DNA from: a virus
Taxonomy: Duplodnaviria; Heunggongvirae; Uroviricota; Caudoviricetes
Reading direction: 5' to 3' (one strand)
Length of the DNA stretch: 64,000 bases
IMG/VR virus record: IMGVR_UViG_3300025765_000001
The notes below the pieces were generated by a model. That model was not told where the DNA came from. It was given only the letters and a program-made list of their open reading frames with translations, and did not search any database. Positions within the stretch are counted from its first letter, which is position 1. Every line of letters begins with the position of its first letter. Positions 45,071-55,328 of the stretch are shown in pieces. Made by a program: the position numbers and the translations under genes.

Positions 45071-47179
45071 ATGTCAGTACCAGAGATGTTGGAAAGACGG
45101 GTGTGGCCCATCGAGAAAGCCCTGCAACGCATCCTTGTTGGGCAGAGGAACGTCATCCGCCGTGTGACTATGGCGTTATTCGCTGTCGGACAGCGGGACT
45201 TCTATCCAGATGGTACACGATTTTTAGGAACAGGCCACGTTCTATGCGAAGGCGGTGTAGGAACAGGAAAATGTCTTGGTAAAGGCACCCCCGTCTTGAT
45301 GTTCGACGGAACTATAATTCCCGTTGAATCCGTTAAGACTGGAGACCTGTTGATGGGACCAGATTCTCTGCCCAGGAAGGTTATTGCTCTCGGACACGGT
45401 TTTGGAGAGCTATATCGGGTGATACCAAAAAAGGGCGATTCGTATGTTGTCAATGACGAGCATATCCTGTCATTTAAGATGACTAGTCGTGGTCGAAATA
45501 GGCAGGGCAATTTTCCACGTTCTGGCGACAATGTTCCTGGCATGATTTATAACATGTCAGTCAAAGAATACTTGGGAAGGTCAGAGCGATTCAAGAGTCA
45601 TGCCAAGGGATATAGAGTTGGCATCGAGTTTGATGAGCGAATTGTGCCACTGGACCCGTATTTTTTTGGCGTGTGGTTGGGAGATGGGATCAGTCGCACC
45701 GCACAGGTTTGCAATACGGATAACGAAATTATTGCGTACATTCGTAAGATGGCAAACAAGTACAGGCTGCGGTTCAACACTTACACAGCAAGCGGGAAAG
45801 CTCCGATTCACTCGTTGTGGGGGAAAAAATTCCATCCTAATGCGATATTGAGTGCTTTACGTGAAATGAACGTATTGCAAAACAAACATGTTCCACAAAT
45901 ATACAAAGCAAATTCACGACGAGTGAGATTGCAAATTTTGGCCGGACTGATGGACACAGATGGCAGTCTGTCGGCTGGTTGCTATGACTTCGTAAACAAG
46001 TCAAAACAACTTGCCGATGATGTGGTTTATTTGGCGAGGTCTCTAGGATTCGCCGCTTATGTCAAACCATGCACCAAGGTTTGCAAAAACAACGGTAAAA
46101 AGGGTCGATATTACCGAGTATCGATTTCTGGAAATTTATCGGAAGTTCCGGTTCGCATTGCCAAGAAAAAGGCTTCTCTTCGTCGGCAGAAGAAGAATGT
46201 GTTGGTGACTGGAATCAAAGTAGAACCAGAGGGCTATGGAGAATACTTTGGTTTCGAGATTGAGGGACCAGACAGGCTGTTTCTCCTGGGAGATTTCACG
46301 GTCACACACAATACCGTTCTCTGTAAAGCACTTTCTAGGTTGCTGGCTGGCAACTCCAAACGAGTATCGGGAATGCCCGACGCACTTGCCAGCGATATTA
46401 CTGGTTGCGAGATCATCTTGCTGACCGGCGATACCAAGACGGTCCAGGGGCCGCTATTCTGCAACGTTATGCTGGCTGACGAGATCAACCGTTTCCCGCC
46501 CAAAGCCCAAAATGCGTTCATCGAAGCACTGGCTGAAGGCTGTGTCACCATCGCAAATGAAACTATTCGTTTGAAGCAGCCTTTCTTCTGCCTCGCTACA
46601 CAGAACCCGACTGAGCAAAAAGGCACGAGTCGTCTACAAGAGGCTCTGTCAGACCGGTTTATGTTCAAACTCGTCATGCGTGAGACTACAGAGCAGGAGA
46701 AGATTGATATCGCAAAGCGGACACACCACTTCGATGTCACGAACCTGAATCCTGTAATTACGACAGACGAAGTATACGAAGCTAGAGAGTATTTCTTCAA
46801 CAATACTCACGTCAGCGATGAGGTACGTCGCTACGCTGCTCGCTTGCTTCGTGCAATCAACCATCCAGCGGAATACAAACTTCTTGAGAAGGAACGGGCC
46901 TTGCTTGCGGGCGATAACATCTTCAAGCAAAAGCCAGCGGTCAACGACCGTGCCATGCTGCATATGGAAGGTGCGGCGATGATGGAGGCGGTTATGAGTG
47001 GGAGGGACTACGTGATCCCCGCCGACGTTGCTGCTGTTGCGGCAGATGCCCTCCGTGCCCGTCTTCTCCTGTCTGAGTCTAGTTTGCACCTTCTGGCGGA
47101 ACTACACCCAGGCAAAACCGAAACCGAGTTGGTGGACTATTTCATAGACGAAACTCTGTCTAGGGTGCGACACACTTGA
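45071..47179 (+). CDS. MoxR-family AAA+ ATPase containing a LAGLIDADG intein inserted in the Walker A P-loop
   Basis: Extein 'HVLCEGGVGTGK|...|TVLCKALSRLLAG' reconstitutes 'GVGTGKT'. Downstream MoxR motifs 'LLADEINRFPPKAQNAFIEALAEG...ATQNPTEQKGTSRLQEALSDRF'. Confidence 0.8.
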   Translation: MSVPEMLERRVWPIEKALQRILVGQRNVIRRVTMALFAVGQRDFYPDGTRFLGTGHVLCEGGVGTGKCLGKGTPVLMFDGTIIPVESVKTGDLLMGPDSLPRKVIALGHGFGELYRVIPKKGDSYVVNDEHILSFKMTSRGRNRQGNFPRSGDNVPGMIYNMSVKEYLGRSERFKSHAKGYRVGIEFDERIVPLDPYFFGVWLGDGISRTAQVCNTDNEIIAYIRKMANKYRLRFNTYTASGKAPIHSLWGKKFHPNAILSALREMNVLQNKHVPQIYKANSRRVRLQILAGLMDTDGSLSAGCYDFVNKSKQLADDVVYLARSLGFAAYVKPCTKVCKNNGKKGRYYRVSISGNLSEVPVRIAKKKASLRRQKKNVLVTGIKVEPEGYGEYFGFEIEGPDRLFLLGDFTVTHNTVLCKALSRLLAGNSKRVSGMPDALASDITGCEIILLTGDTKTVQGPLFCNVMLADEINRFPPKAQNAFIEALAEGCVTIANETIRLKQPFFCLATQNPTEQKGTSRLQEALSDRFMFKLVMRETTEQEKIDIAKRTHHFDVTNLNPVITTDEVYEAREYFFNNTHVSDEVRRYAARLLRAINHPAEYKLLEKERALLAGDNIFKQKPAVNDRAMLHMEGAAMMEAVMSGRDYVIPADVAAVAADALRARLLLSESSLHLLAELHPGKTETELVDYFIDETLSRVRHT
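45272..46312 (+). other. intein (347 aa) with LAGLIDADG homing-endonuclease domain
   Basis: Begins 'CLGKGTPVLMFDG' (block A) directly after GTGK. Contains 'FFGVWLGDGIS' and 'ILAGLMDTDGS'. Ends 'FTVTHN' followed by extein Thr (+1). Confidence 0.75.
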
Positions 47180-48021
47180 AAAAGAACTTTCGATCTATCG
47201 AAATCACTGTTAAGAAACTGCTCAATACTTTTCCAACTGGCGGGCATGTAAGTTCACTCAAGAACTCCATTATTGACGTTGATGTGGTCCGAGAGTATCA
47301 GCCCGGTGACAAGCGGTTGGATAGTCGAGCCAGCCTCCGTACCAACAGCATTATGTCGAGGGTATTCACCCCCGACAAGTCAATGAACGTGATGTTGGTT
47401 TTGGATGTTAGTTGCTCTCAGGCATCTAAGTTCGAGTCGGCTATTCTTGTGTGCCTGTATCTGTGCTATCTGGCAAATCAGTCCAACGACCCGGTTGGTC
47501 TGACAACTTTTGGCGATAGAGTGTCACTTTCTATCCAGCCGGATGAGGACATTCGGAATGTTACCTCTGTACTAGAACAAATTTACTATAGAGGCAATCT
47601 ATCACCTGGGAGTAACCTGGACGACGCTCTTCGGAGGATTGGCAATCAAGAACCCTCGAATACTCTCACTGTGCTGGTAAGTGATTTCTGTTTCCCGTTT
47701 AGCGATCGTATAGTTGGTCTACTACGTTGTATATCATGCGGCATAAATAACGTGATGATAGCTCCAATTCTTGCAAACTCTCAGGAATGGTCTTTCGATG
47801 TATTGCCATTTCGGGTAGACTTTAAGGATTCGGAAAGCAACGATGCAACTAACTGGAATTTTGGATCGGAGAAGGCACACAAAGGTCATCTGGCGGCTTT
47901 TGAGAAGTGGCAAACCGATCTAAAGGCCGTCCTGCATCAAGGAAGGGTCGAGCCTATCTTGATGCAGGTAGATAAGCCTGATTTTATGATGCCCTTGGTC
48001 AAATTTTTCCTGAGAGCGTAA
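47176..48021 (+). CDS. DUF58-family protein (MoxR partner)
   Basis: 'VVREYQPGDKRLD' matches the DUF58 RxYxPGD signature. Start overlaps the MoxR stop. Confidence 0.7.
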   Translation: MKKNFRSIEITVKKLLNTFPTGGHVSSLKNSIIDVDVVREYQPGDKRLDSRASLRTNSIMSRVFTPDKSMNVMLVLDVSCSQASKFESAILVCLYLCYLANQSNDPVGLTTFGDRVSLSIQPDEDIRNVTSVLEQIYYRGNLSPGSNLDDALRRIGNQEPSNTLTVLVSDFCFPFSDRIVGLLRCISCGINNVMIAPILANSQEWSFDVLPFRVDFKDSESNDATNWNFGSEKAHKGHLAAFEKWQTDLKAVLHQGRVEPILMQVDKPDFMMPLVKFFLRA

Positions 48022-48022
48022 C

Positions 48023-49504
48023 ATGGACCTGATTTCTGCTTTCACTCTGTTCTTCGGTATCTTCGCTTGCATAGATCGGCAGCCGGTCTATCAGATCGAC
48101 CATTTTTACTACTACAACGCTGAACACAAGCAGATCGGTTTGCCGTTGCAAGGTGGGGTGTTGGCTCCCAACGGTCCCGGTTTACAAGACTTCATTGACG
48201 CTGGCAAACACGGCGAGGCGACAGTTAAGAAGCTGGAGAAAAGCCAGTTTGAGGGTGTTGTTTTCGTCTGCGACGACAACCGGAAAATGCTTGAGTTGCT
48301 TAGAAAGTTGAGCGACAAGAAGATAGAAGCGTACCCTATAGTCAAGTTCTCTAACATGCTCTGTGTGCCCAGCGACACGGTTTTGGTGAAAACGAAGAAG
48401 CATGTTACCGAGGCCACGTTGAAGCAACGCCTCAAGCACAACGGCAAACTAGTTGTCGATAAAATCGACAAAGCGGCACCGTACACATACCAAATCAAGA
48501 TCAGCAAGATGTCGTTGCCTCCCAACATTCTTGTCACGGCTAATATGCTCGCAGAGGATACGGCGTGGTTTGAACATGCACGAGCGATGTTCCGCCCCAT
48601 ATATCAGCCTGTTGTGGCGTGGGTCGTCGTAGAACGACCAGCGAGTTCGACCGTTGGCGAGGAACGCCTTCTGAAGCTTGTAATCGAAGTACACAAGCCT
48701 TCGATCAAGATTCTGAAGGACACCATTCCGAGCCTTGGGCATAATAAATGGATTCCTCAGCCTCAGACGCTCGATGTTTGGTGTGAATTCGGGAAGCCAT
48801 CGCCACACAAGGTAGAAGCCACGCAAGACGGCTACATGATCACGATCACGCAGCCGTTTCGCTTTTACTCAATTGTCCCGATCATTATTCCGCCTGCTGG
48901 CTTTGTCTACGAAGACGATGATGGGGAGAAATATATGGCTAACATCCAGGGCTGCAAATATCGAAACTCTAGTCTGCTTGCTGGGACAAATATCGATGAC
49001 ATACAGCCAAGACCCCCCATTGGATCACTGCCTTTGTTAGACGCTCCTGAGCCTCTGGTTCCCGAAACCAGCCTGTATGGTTATCGACCGCTGTTGTTAT
49101 ACGGAATGGCGATGGTCGGGGTTGGGTCGCTGGTGTTGGTGCTTTTGGTGTTGGCAAAGGCCAATCGTTTTCGCATCAACACGCTGTTGCGTTGGGCCGG
49201 AAGTCGAGAGCGTGCCCGTTACTGGAATGAGCTAGAATCGACTGCGTTCCACCTGAATGCTGGCGACAACTGGCGTCTGGCCTACCAACAGGTTACGGAT
49301 GCACTCTCGAATGTGCTGAGCGAGTTTTATGATGTCAAACGGCCATTGTCGGCTTTGGAACACAAAGACACGCTTCTTCAGTCCATCGTAGGCGAGCTAG
49401 AACTGTTCTATAAGTCCGACTATGAGCCGAACGAGGCTGCTGTGGCGGCTCTGGTTGCCAACCTGAACACCTTTGTCAAGGAACGGGTCAAGTTCAATGT
49501 TTGA
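48023..49504 (+). CDS. membrane-anchored protein of the Bat-like operon
   Basis: 493 aa, single C-terminal-proximal TM helix. Immediately follows the DUF58 gene. Confidence 0.4.
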   Translation: MDLISAFTLFFGIFACIDRQPVYQIDHFYYYNAEHKQIGLPLQGGVLAPNGPGLQDFIDAGKHGEATVKKLEKSQFEGVVFVCDDNRKMLELLRKLSDKKIEAYPIVKFSNMLCVPSDTVLVKTKKHVTEATLKQRLKHNGKLVVDKIDKAAPYTYQIKISKMSLPPNILVTANMLAEDTAWFEHARAMFRPIYQPVVAWVVVERPASSTVGEERLLKLVIEVHKPSIKILKDTIPSLGHNKWIPQPQTLDVWCEFGKPSPHKVEATQDGYMITITQPFRFYSIVPIIIPPAGFVYEDDDGEKYMANIQGCKYRNSSLLAGTNIDDIQPRPPIGSLPLLDAPEPLVPETSLYGYRPLLLYGMAMVGVGSLVLVLLVLAKANRFRINTLLRWAGSRERARYWNELESTAFHLNAGDNWRLAYQQVTDALSNVLSEFYDVKRPLSALEHKDTLLQSIVGELELFYKSDYEPNEAAVAALVANLNTFVKERVKFNV

Positions 49505-50570
49505 ACACCCATACTTTTTGGCACTCGGTCTGCTAGCGTTAGCATTTTTATTCTACCGCTGCAACCGGTACTTCTTGACCCATGCCTATGTCAAGGCCCT
49601 GAAAACTACGCAGGACGCAATTGGCGGGGGAAGTGGGCGTTTTAGATTTCAGAGTTCGATGCTGGCATTGGGGTGGGTGGTCTTGATTATTGCCGCTTCG
49701 GGTATGTCCTGGGGTTTCACACAACCCGTTAGGAAGCAACAAGTCCACAAATACGTACTGGTAAACGATGGCTCTGGTTCTATGGTGGATGGGAACAAAC
49801 TACAAGGGAGGGGGAAGCAACTAGATACTGTTCACAAAGGAAACCAAGCGTTTCTCAACATGCTCGCCCAGAGAGATGACGGGAGCAAGGATGTGGTGGG
49901 AGCGGTGGTGTTTTCCAATGATGCCTACATTGTCTCTTACTTAGTTGATGATCCCGCCTTTGTTGAAAAAAAGTTGAGCTTCATCGACTATAGGCTGCCT
50001 CCCCTTGCAGGAGGCACGCTGTCGGATAGGTCTTTGTGGTGTGCCGTGGAAATGCTGATGCGTGATGGTAAGAAAGCGTCGGATGAAGACATGCTCGCAA
50101 TGCAGTTGACTATGTACGGTCCAGAGGAGAAATACAAGCGAACGGAGAAGATGGAAGAGCTTGTTAAGAAGTACCAGCCAATTGTAGAAGGCGGCAATAT
50201 CGTTATCTTTACCGATGGGATATTCCAACCCTGGGGCAACGCCCAGATGATGTCCACTTTCAAATTGCTCGATCTGTGTAAGGATTTGCGTATTAAGGTC
50301 TACCTAATTTCGGTCGAGACGATAGACCCGCTGTTGTTCGCAAGCATGAAAGAGACCGGAGGGTTTGCTATACTCTTGCGTGGCTTTGATGCCAAGGTGT
50401 TTGAGCAGACCTACACAGATATAGTGAGAAGCAACGCTCAAGAGGAAATCGTTGTAGACCAGCCCATCAGGAAACCGTTGTCTCCGATCTTGGCCCCAAT
50501 AGCTTTTGCTCTTATTGCTGCGGGTTTGCTGTTGAGGCTGACATTTAATCGAAACTACACAGAGGTCTAA
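49497..50570 (+). CDS. vWA-domain membrane protein (BatA/BatB-like)
   Basis: N-terminal TM helices. MIDAS 'LVNDGSGSM'. Start overlaps the upstream stop. Confidence 0.6.
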   Translation: MFEHPYFLALGLLALAFLFYRCNRYFLTHAYVKALKTTQDAIGGGSGRFRFQSSMLALGWVVLIIAASGMSWGFTQPVRKQQVHKYVLVNDGSGSMVDGNKLQGRGKQLDTVHKGNQAFLNMLAQRDDGSKDVVGAVVFSNDAYIVSYLVDDPAFVEKKLSFIDYRLPPLAGGTLSDRSLWCAVEMLMRDGKKASDEDMLAMQLTMYGPEEKYKRTEKMEELVKKYQPIVEGGNIVIFTDGIFQPWGNAQMMSTFKLLDLCKDLRIKVYLISVETIDPLLFASMKETGGFAILLRGFDAKVFEQTYTDIVRSNAQEEIVVDQPIRKPLSPILAPIAFALIAAGLLLRLTFNRNYTEV

Positions 50571-50571
50571 C

Positions 50572-51381
50572 ATGAAAAAGCTACTACTCCTCGTCCTGGT
50601 TACACTCGCTGGCGGAAGCTATATGATGTTCTATAGCAAGGCCCAGGATTACGAACGCCAGCAGAAGGAAACAGAGTGCCAAGCACAAATCAAGAAAGTC
50701 GATGCCGTAAATGCGTTCATTAAGAGCATTAACGAGGCGAAGACAGTCGCTCAATTAGAAAGCTTGGAAGCAGAGTTGGCTCATTGGCTTGATCCAGACG
50801 GAGATGCCCACAAAAAAGTTAGGTCCACGATTTTGCTCAAAAAGGCCAGGGTATCTTTTGATGAGGCCGAGGAGCTTCTACAACAAGCAATCAGCTTGCA
50901 GCAGGCATTGAATTTACCACCGTTGCCTCCACCGTTGCCTCCACCACAGTCGGAGCTAGCGGACCCGCATAATCACTATAATTCCGCACCGCCGTCCAGA
51001 CCGGAACTGTCGATTCATCCAGCGGCTCAGGAGGCTTTAATCAAAGCCGACAAGCTGTACGTGGACAGCAAAAAATATCTGGATAAGCTCAGCGACATTC
51101 CAGGTGATACGAGCTATAACTTCTCGCTTAATTACCTCAAGGGAGAGGTATATTATCGTCACACGATGTTTCGTTCGTCGTCCGAAACTGTTCAGGACTT
51201 GTTCACACAGACTGCCACGTACTACAAGAAAGCTCTGTCGTACAAGCCCGGAGACGTTGATACCACTGTCAACATCGAACTGCTTCTTAAACAGCAGCAG
51301 GGCATGATGGGCGAGGCAGGACAATCTCAGCCTCAACGGATGTTGAACCAAATGGGCATGGGCAAGTCCAAAGGCAACTGA
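50572..51381 (+). CDS. TPR-like protein with Pro-rich linker (BatC-like)
   Basis: N-terminal TM/signal segment, PPLPPPLPPP linker, TPR-like helical repeats at the C-terminus. Confidence 0.45.
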   Translation: MKKLLLLVLVTLAGGSYMMFYSKAQDYERQQKETECQAQIKKVDAVNAFIKSINEAKTVAQLESLEAELAHWLDPDGDAHKKVRSTILLKKARVSFDEAEELLQQAISLQQALNLPPLPPPLPPPQSELADPHNHYNSAPPSRPELSIHPAAQEALIKADKLYVDSKKYLDKLSDIPGDTSYNFSLNYLKGEVYYRHTMFRSSSETVQDLFTQTATYYKKALSYKPGDVDTTVNIELLLKQQQGMMGEAGQSQPQRMLNQMGMGKSKGN

Positions 51382-51382
51382 T

Positions 51383-52423
51383 ATGTTCGAGAACCCCTTA
51401 TTTCTCTGGGCACTCCTGTTTGTGCCCCTGGTAGTAATACTGCTGGTGTATTCGTGGCGTTGCTTCAAGAAATTCGAGCAATCGCCACGAATTGCCTCTT
51501 TTCTATACGCAAGTAGGCGTCCTGGCTGGGCAGCCCGTAGGGTTATTGCTGTCGTTTGGTTGGTTTCTCTGTCTCTGTTGATTCTTGGTCTTGCTCAGCC
51601 GTATGTAGATGTCCCGACTTCAGAGAAAAAGCACAAGAACGTCAGGATATTCTTCGTCGTGGATGTCTCTAGATCGATGGTCTATGCCGAGGATATCAAG
51701 CCCAATAGAATGGTTGCGGCACGGTCTGAGTTGGTAGAACTCTACAAGCAATTGGATGGGCATTATGAGTGCAGCATCATTCCTTTTGCTGGTTCGCCGA
51801 ACGTCTATTACTGCCCCCTGACGTACAGTAAGCGAGTTATTCTGCCGCTCCTTGAAGACCTGGGGCCGGACACGGCACCAGAATATGGCACTGATTTGGT
51901 TAAGGCTGTGTCGGCTCTTCAAAACATTCTCAAGCAAGAAAAGCTAGATCAAGACGGTATCAACCTCATCATTCTCGTCAGCGACGGCGGCAAGGAGGAG
52001 GCAGAGGCGACGAACAGGGTAAGACTACATGCGTTGGTCCAAAGCATGGCCTCGAAGAACTGTAAGTTCTTCACGGTTGGTGTTGGTGGTCGTGATCCCT
52101 GTGAGCTAATCAAACGGTACGGCGATGGCTCGTTCGATGATTTTTTGAAGGAAGACGGCAAGATACAGGTCTCTCATTTGGATGAGGAGATTTTGCAGGC
52201 AGTGGCAGATCAAGGCAACGGCAAATATTGTCATTTTCATCAGAAAGATCAGATGCGGGGCTTTGTAAACGAAGCGATACAGCGAAACCGCATAGAAGAG
52301 GGAGCCATTGTCGTCACAAAAAGGGTCTACCTGGAGTATTATTTGTACGCCCTCTGTGCTATACTTCTGTGGTTCGGTTTCATAGCCAACAAAACATATG
52401 CATCAGAGACCAGAAGTAAGTGA
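51383..52423 (+). CDS. vWA-domain membrane protein (BatA-like)
   Basis: Two N-terminal TM helices. MIDAS 'FFVVDVSRSM'. C-terminal TM. Confidence 0.65.
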   Translation: MFENPLFLWALLFVPLVVILLVYSWRCFKKFEQSPRIASFLYASRRPGWAARRVIAVVWLVSLSLLILGLAQPYVDVPTSEKKHKNVRIFFVVDVSRSMVYAEDIKPNRMVAARSELVELYKQLDGHYECSIIPFAGSPNVYYCPLTYSKRVILPLLEDLGPDTAPEYGTDLVKAVSALQNILKQEKLDQDGINLIILVSDGGKEEAEATNRVRLHALVQSMASKNCKFFTVGVGGRDPCELIKRYGDGSFDDFLKEDGKIQVSHLDEEILQAVADQGNGKYCHFHQKDQMRGFVNEAIQRNRIEEGAIVVTKRVYLEYYLYALCAILLWFGFIANKTYASETRSK

Positions 52424-52585
52424 TGAGGAAATTCAATTCCTCGTCTACAGGTATGTGATGGGCGAACTTACCGACGTGCAGTTTAATTACTATGTCCAGG
52501 TCTGGCAATTGGATCGGGAATACGTTAATCTTCTGCTCAGCGATGCTAGACGAGCCAAGGAGATTTTCGACCATGTTCCTTTTGG

Positions 52586-53020
52586 GTGCCTTTGGTTTTT
52601 GATGGCTGTGGTCATTGTGTTGATAATCATAATGTTGAATTTTCTACTATAATGAGTGACCATTACGACGAAGCTGAGCTTTTTGTCTGCGATTGCAGCG
52701 ATGTAGCTCACCAACTTGTTTTCCAACTCTGGGACTTTAGCAAGAACGGCGAGGAGCTTTGGAGACCGGCAAAGGAAAACGTAAATTTGACAGTTTGCGT
52801 TTACCTGAACCAGTATCACGGCTTCTGGGCACGTCTCTGGATGGCGGTCAAGTACGTGTTTGACTACCGAAGTAAGTACGGCGAGTTTGACGTGGTGAAC
52901 ATCCGGGCCGAGGATGTGCCAAGAATGAAGGCAATTCTTGACAAGTTCGCTTCTAGGGTCCAGTATTATCAGGGAGAGTTAGACGCCCTGGATTCCAAGC
53001 GGAACTTGGTCCAAGAGTAA
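52586..53020 (+). CDS. hypothetical protein
   Basis: 144-aa ORF. Confidence 0.4.
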   Translation: MPLVFDGCGHCVDNHNVEFSTIMSDHYDEAELFVCDCSDVAHQLVFQLWDFSKNGEELWRPAKENVNLTVCVYLNQYHGFWARLWMAVKYVFDYRSKYGEFDVVNIRAEDVPRMKAILDKFASRVQYYQGELDALDSKRNLVQE

Positions 53021-53619
53021 CGCCGTTCCTCAGCGAGACAACGAACAGCGAACCTCAACACGCCTACCAATACGGCATCCCAACGGTCGATTTCTACTTG
53101 GGTCATAATATCTCTGGCGGGCAAACCGTGGCCCTCGTAGTACCGCCTGCACCTGCTGATCCAGGGCTGTTCAGCGATCTCGCAGAATAGAAAATCCATT
53201 ACGCTCCGGTAGGAGTCCATCTTCTTCCGGGTAGAGACGTACTTCAATGCCAGAAGCGTGTCGGTGTCTTCCAGGGCCGTTTCTGCCAAGGGAAAGATCG
53301 TGGTCAAATACTCGCTCTCGCAGCGGATTGACAGTTCAGGACGGATTGAGCAGGCCAGTTGCATGAGTACCTCCTTGCTGTGGGCTAAAAGCAAGTATCG
53401 TGCCAAGCGAGGAAACACCCAGGGGCCGGTGCCGGAAGAGGCTTGTCGTAACTGGAGTTACGGAAAACGGAACTAGGTTGGCCTTCCACAAGATTGTTTG
53501 TGCGGTCAACAAAATCGATTGTGGAGTCGAACGATACCGATCATGGCGTCGGGCGAATGTCGTCAAAAGGCGGCGACCGTCGCCGTAAGGTGACGCCAAA
53601 AGGCGTCGGAGGGGTAATG

Positions 53620-53919
53620 GAGTACCGTATGTTTGCACGGAGGGTGCTGGATCGGCCTCTCCGGGTTGCCATCCTCGATCACCGAGGGCTGCGTTTTGTC
53701 GCCAAAGTCCTCAACACTAGCGAAGGCGGGTTGGGGCTTCTTTGCGATCAGGCTTTTGAGATTGGCTCGGTGCTGCAAGTCATTACTGGGTCGCTTTGGT
53801 GTGACACAAAAGTTCGGCATTGCACTAGAACAGGAAATGAATACACTGTTGGTGTGGAGTACACAGACGCTCACAAGGGCAAAGCGATCACCAACAGTCT
53901 GAATAGAGGTCATTTATGA
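53620..53919 (+). CDS. PilZ-domain protein (putative c-di-GMP receptor)
   Basis: 'RRVLDRPL' (RxxxR) and 'NTSEGGLGL' ((D/N)xSxGG). Start taken at the internal Met of the 53494 ORF. Confidence 0.45.
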   Translation, partial: EYRMFARRVLDRPLRVAILDHRGLRFVAKVLNTSEGGLGLLCDQAFEIGSVLQVITGSLWCDTKVRHCTRTGNEYTVGVEYTDAHKGKAITNSLNRGHL

Positions 53920-54380
53920 GTGTACTAGAAACGATTCAGTTCCGAATCACCGCAGCGATGAAGTCGGGCAACGACACAGAGAAGAATCTTTTTCGAGTCG
54001 TTCTCGGCGAGGCACAGATGGCCGCTGTCCGCAAGGGAAAGGACAAGCCGGACGACGAAACCATGATCGCTACCATTCGCAAGGTTATCAACGGTCTGAA
54101 TGAGAACATTGTTCTGGTCAAAGGGTCGGCCACAGGCGGCTCAACCGTGCAGCAGGAAACCGAGCTAGCTCTGCTGGCACCGTTCCTGCCCGCTACCTGG
54201 GACCAGCCGCAGATCGAGGCATTCTTCCTCAATGGCGATAACCTGGTTTTTGAACAAATTCGTGACGCCAAGAGCGAGGGAGCGGCGATGGGCCTTGCTA
54301 TGAAGACGCTCAAAGGCGAATCGGCACCGGTCAACGCCGACGACGTGAAGGCTGTTGTCACCAAGATTCGTACATCCTGA
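53916..54380 (+). CDS. GatB/YqeY-domain protein
   Basis: C-terminal 'AAMGLAMKTLKGESAPVNADDVKAVVTKIR' and overall helical pattern match the YqeY family. Confidence 0.55.
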   Translation: MSVLETIQFRITAAMKSGNDTEKNLFRVVLGEAQMAAVRKGKDKPDDETMIATIRKVINGLNENIVLVKGSATGGSTVQQETELALLAPFLPATWDQPQIEAFFLNGDNLVFEQIRDAKSEGAAMGLAMKTLKGESAPVNADDVKAVVTKIRTS

Positions 54381-54437
54381 AAACATAAGTTGGCAGAAAA
54401 AGTCACGCTTTCAGCGTGGCCTTTTCTATTTTAGGGC

Positions 54438-54701
54438 ATGAAGCCAGTTCTATCTCATACACGCCATATTGCGAAGGCCATTTCTTACCGTATTCTCGGC
54501 ACCATCGCAACTATATTGATCGGCTGGGTAGTAACCGACAGTATAGAAGTCGGGACTTCTCTTGGAATCCTCGACATTACTGTTAAGACTTTCCTCTATT
54601 ACCTTCATGAACGGGTCTGGTATAGAATCCCGTTTGGAGTAAATAGAGATGATAATATGCATCCAACCAGTGGAACAGTGGACGGGAGCGACCGATCTTG
54701 A
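54438..54701 (+). CDS. small membrane protein (DUF2061-like)
   Basis: 'AKAISYRILGT...WYR' pattern, two TM helices. Confidence 0.4.
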   Translation: MKPVLSHTRHIAKAISYRILGTIATILIGWVVTDSIEVGTSLGILDITVKTFLYYLHERVWYRIPFGVNRDDNMHPTSGTVDGSDRS

Positions 54702-54864
54702 CAAAGCGACATACCTCGAAATTCTTGATGGTGTGGACCCAGATCAAGAGGCCAATAGCTTCTACTACGGCGAAAACCACTTGCTACTTATTGAGCATTT
54801 CATTAAACTAGGGGCCAAGGTAGTAGAGAACCCGATCAAGACCTACTTTGTATAGGAGAGGGTC

Positions 54865-55326
54865 ATGTCGATCTTCGAGAGGGAATCCAAGAAGGATTTC
54901 GATTTCGAGAAGGACATCCTGGGGCTTCAAATGGTGAGGCCCTATAAGCACGAGGGTCGCTGGGTTTTCGATGACCAAGAAGGACTTCGCCGGGATATCG
55001 CACCCGCTGGTGCTACTGTAGCGACTCTCTCTCCAATTGTGGTCGGGGCCGACCGCTTAATTATGGAGGGAACCAGGAGGAAGGGAATCGAAAATCCAGA
55101 AAGTGGATTTCGTCTCTACTTCTCAGATAAGGCGTTTCCTGATGCCGATGTAGAGTTCCGCTGGGAGCGGGAATGCTATGACGGGCATATCTACAACGTT
55201 TTACCATGCGGAGATAAAATTGCCATTCCCTCCGACCAACAGGCTTGGATTTGTCCTTACCTGATGTTATACTACAAACAACCGCCGAAGATTCTATTTC
55301 TGAAGATCGAGGCTGATGGGAGATAA
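54865..55326 (+). CDS. hypothetical protein
   Basis: 153-aa ORF. Confidence 0.45.
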   Translation: MSIFERESKKDFDFEKDILGLQMVRPYKHEGRWVFDDQEGLRRDIAPAGATVATLSPIVVGADRLIMEGTRRKGIENPESGFRLYFSDKAFPDADVEFRWERECYDGHIYNVLPCGDKIAIPSDQQAWICPYLMLYYKQPPKILFLKIEADGR

Positions 55327-55328
55327 CA

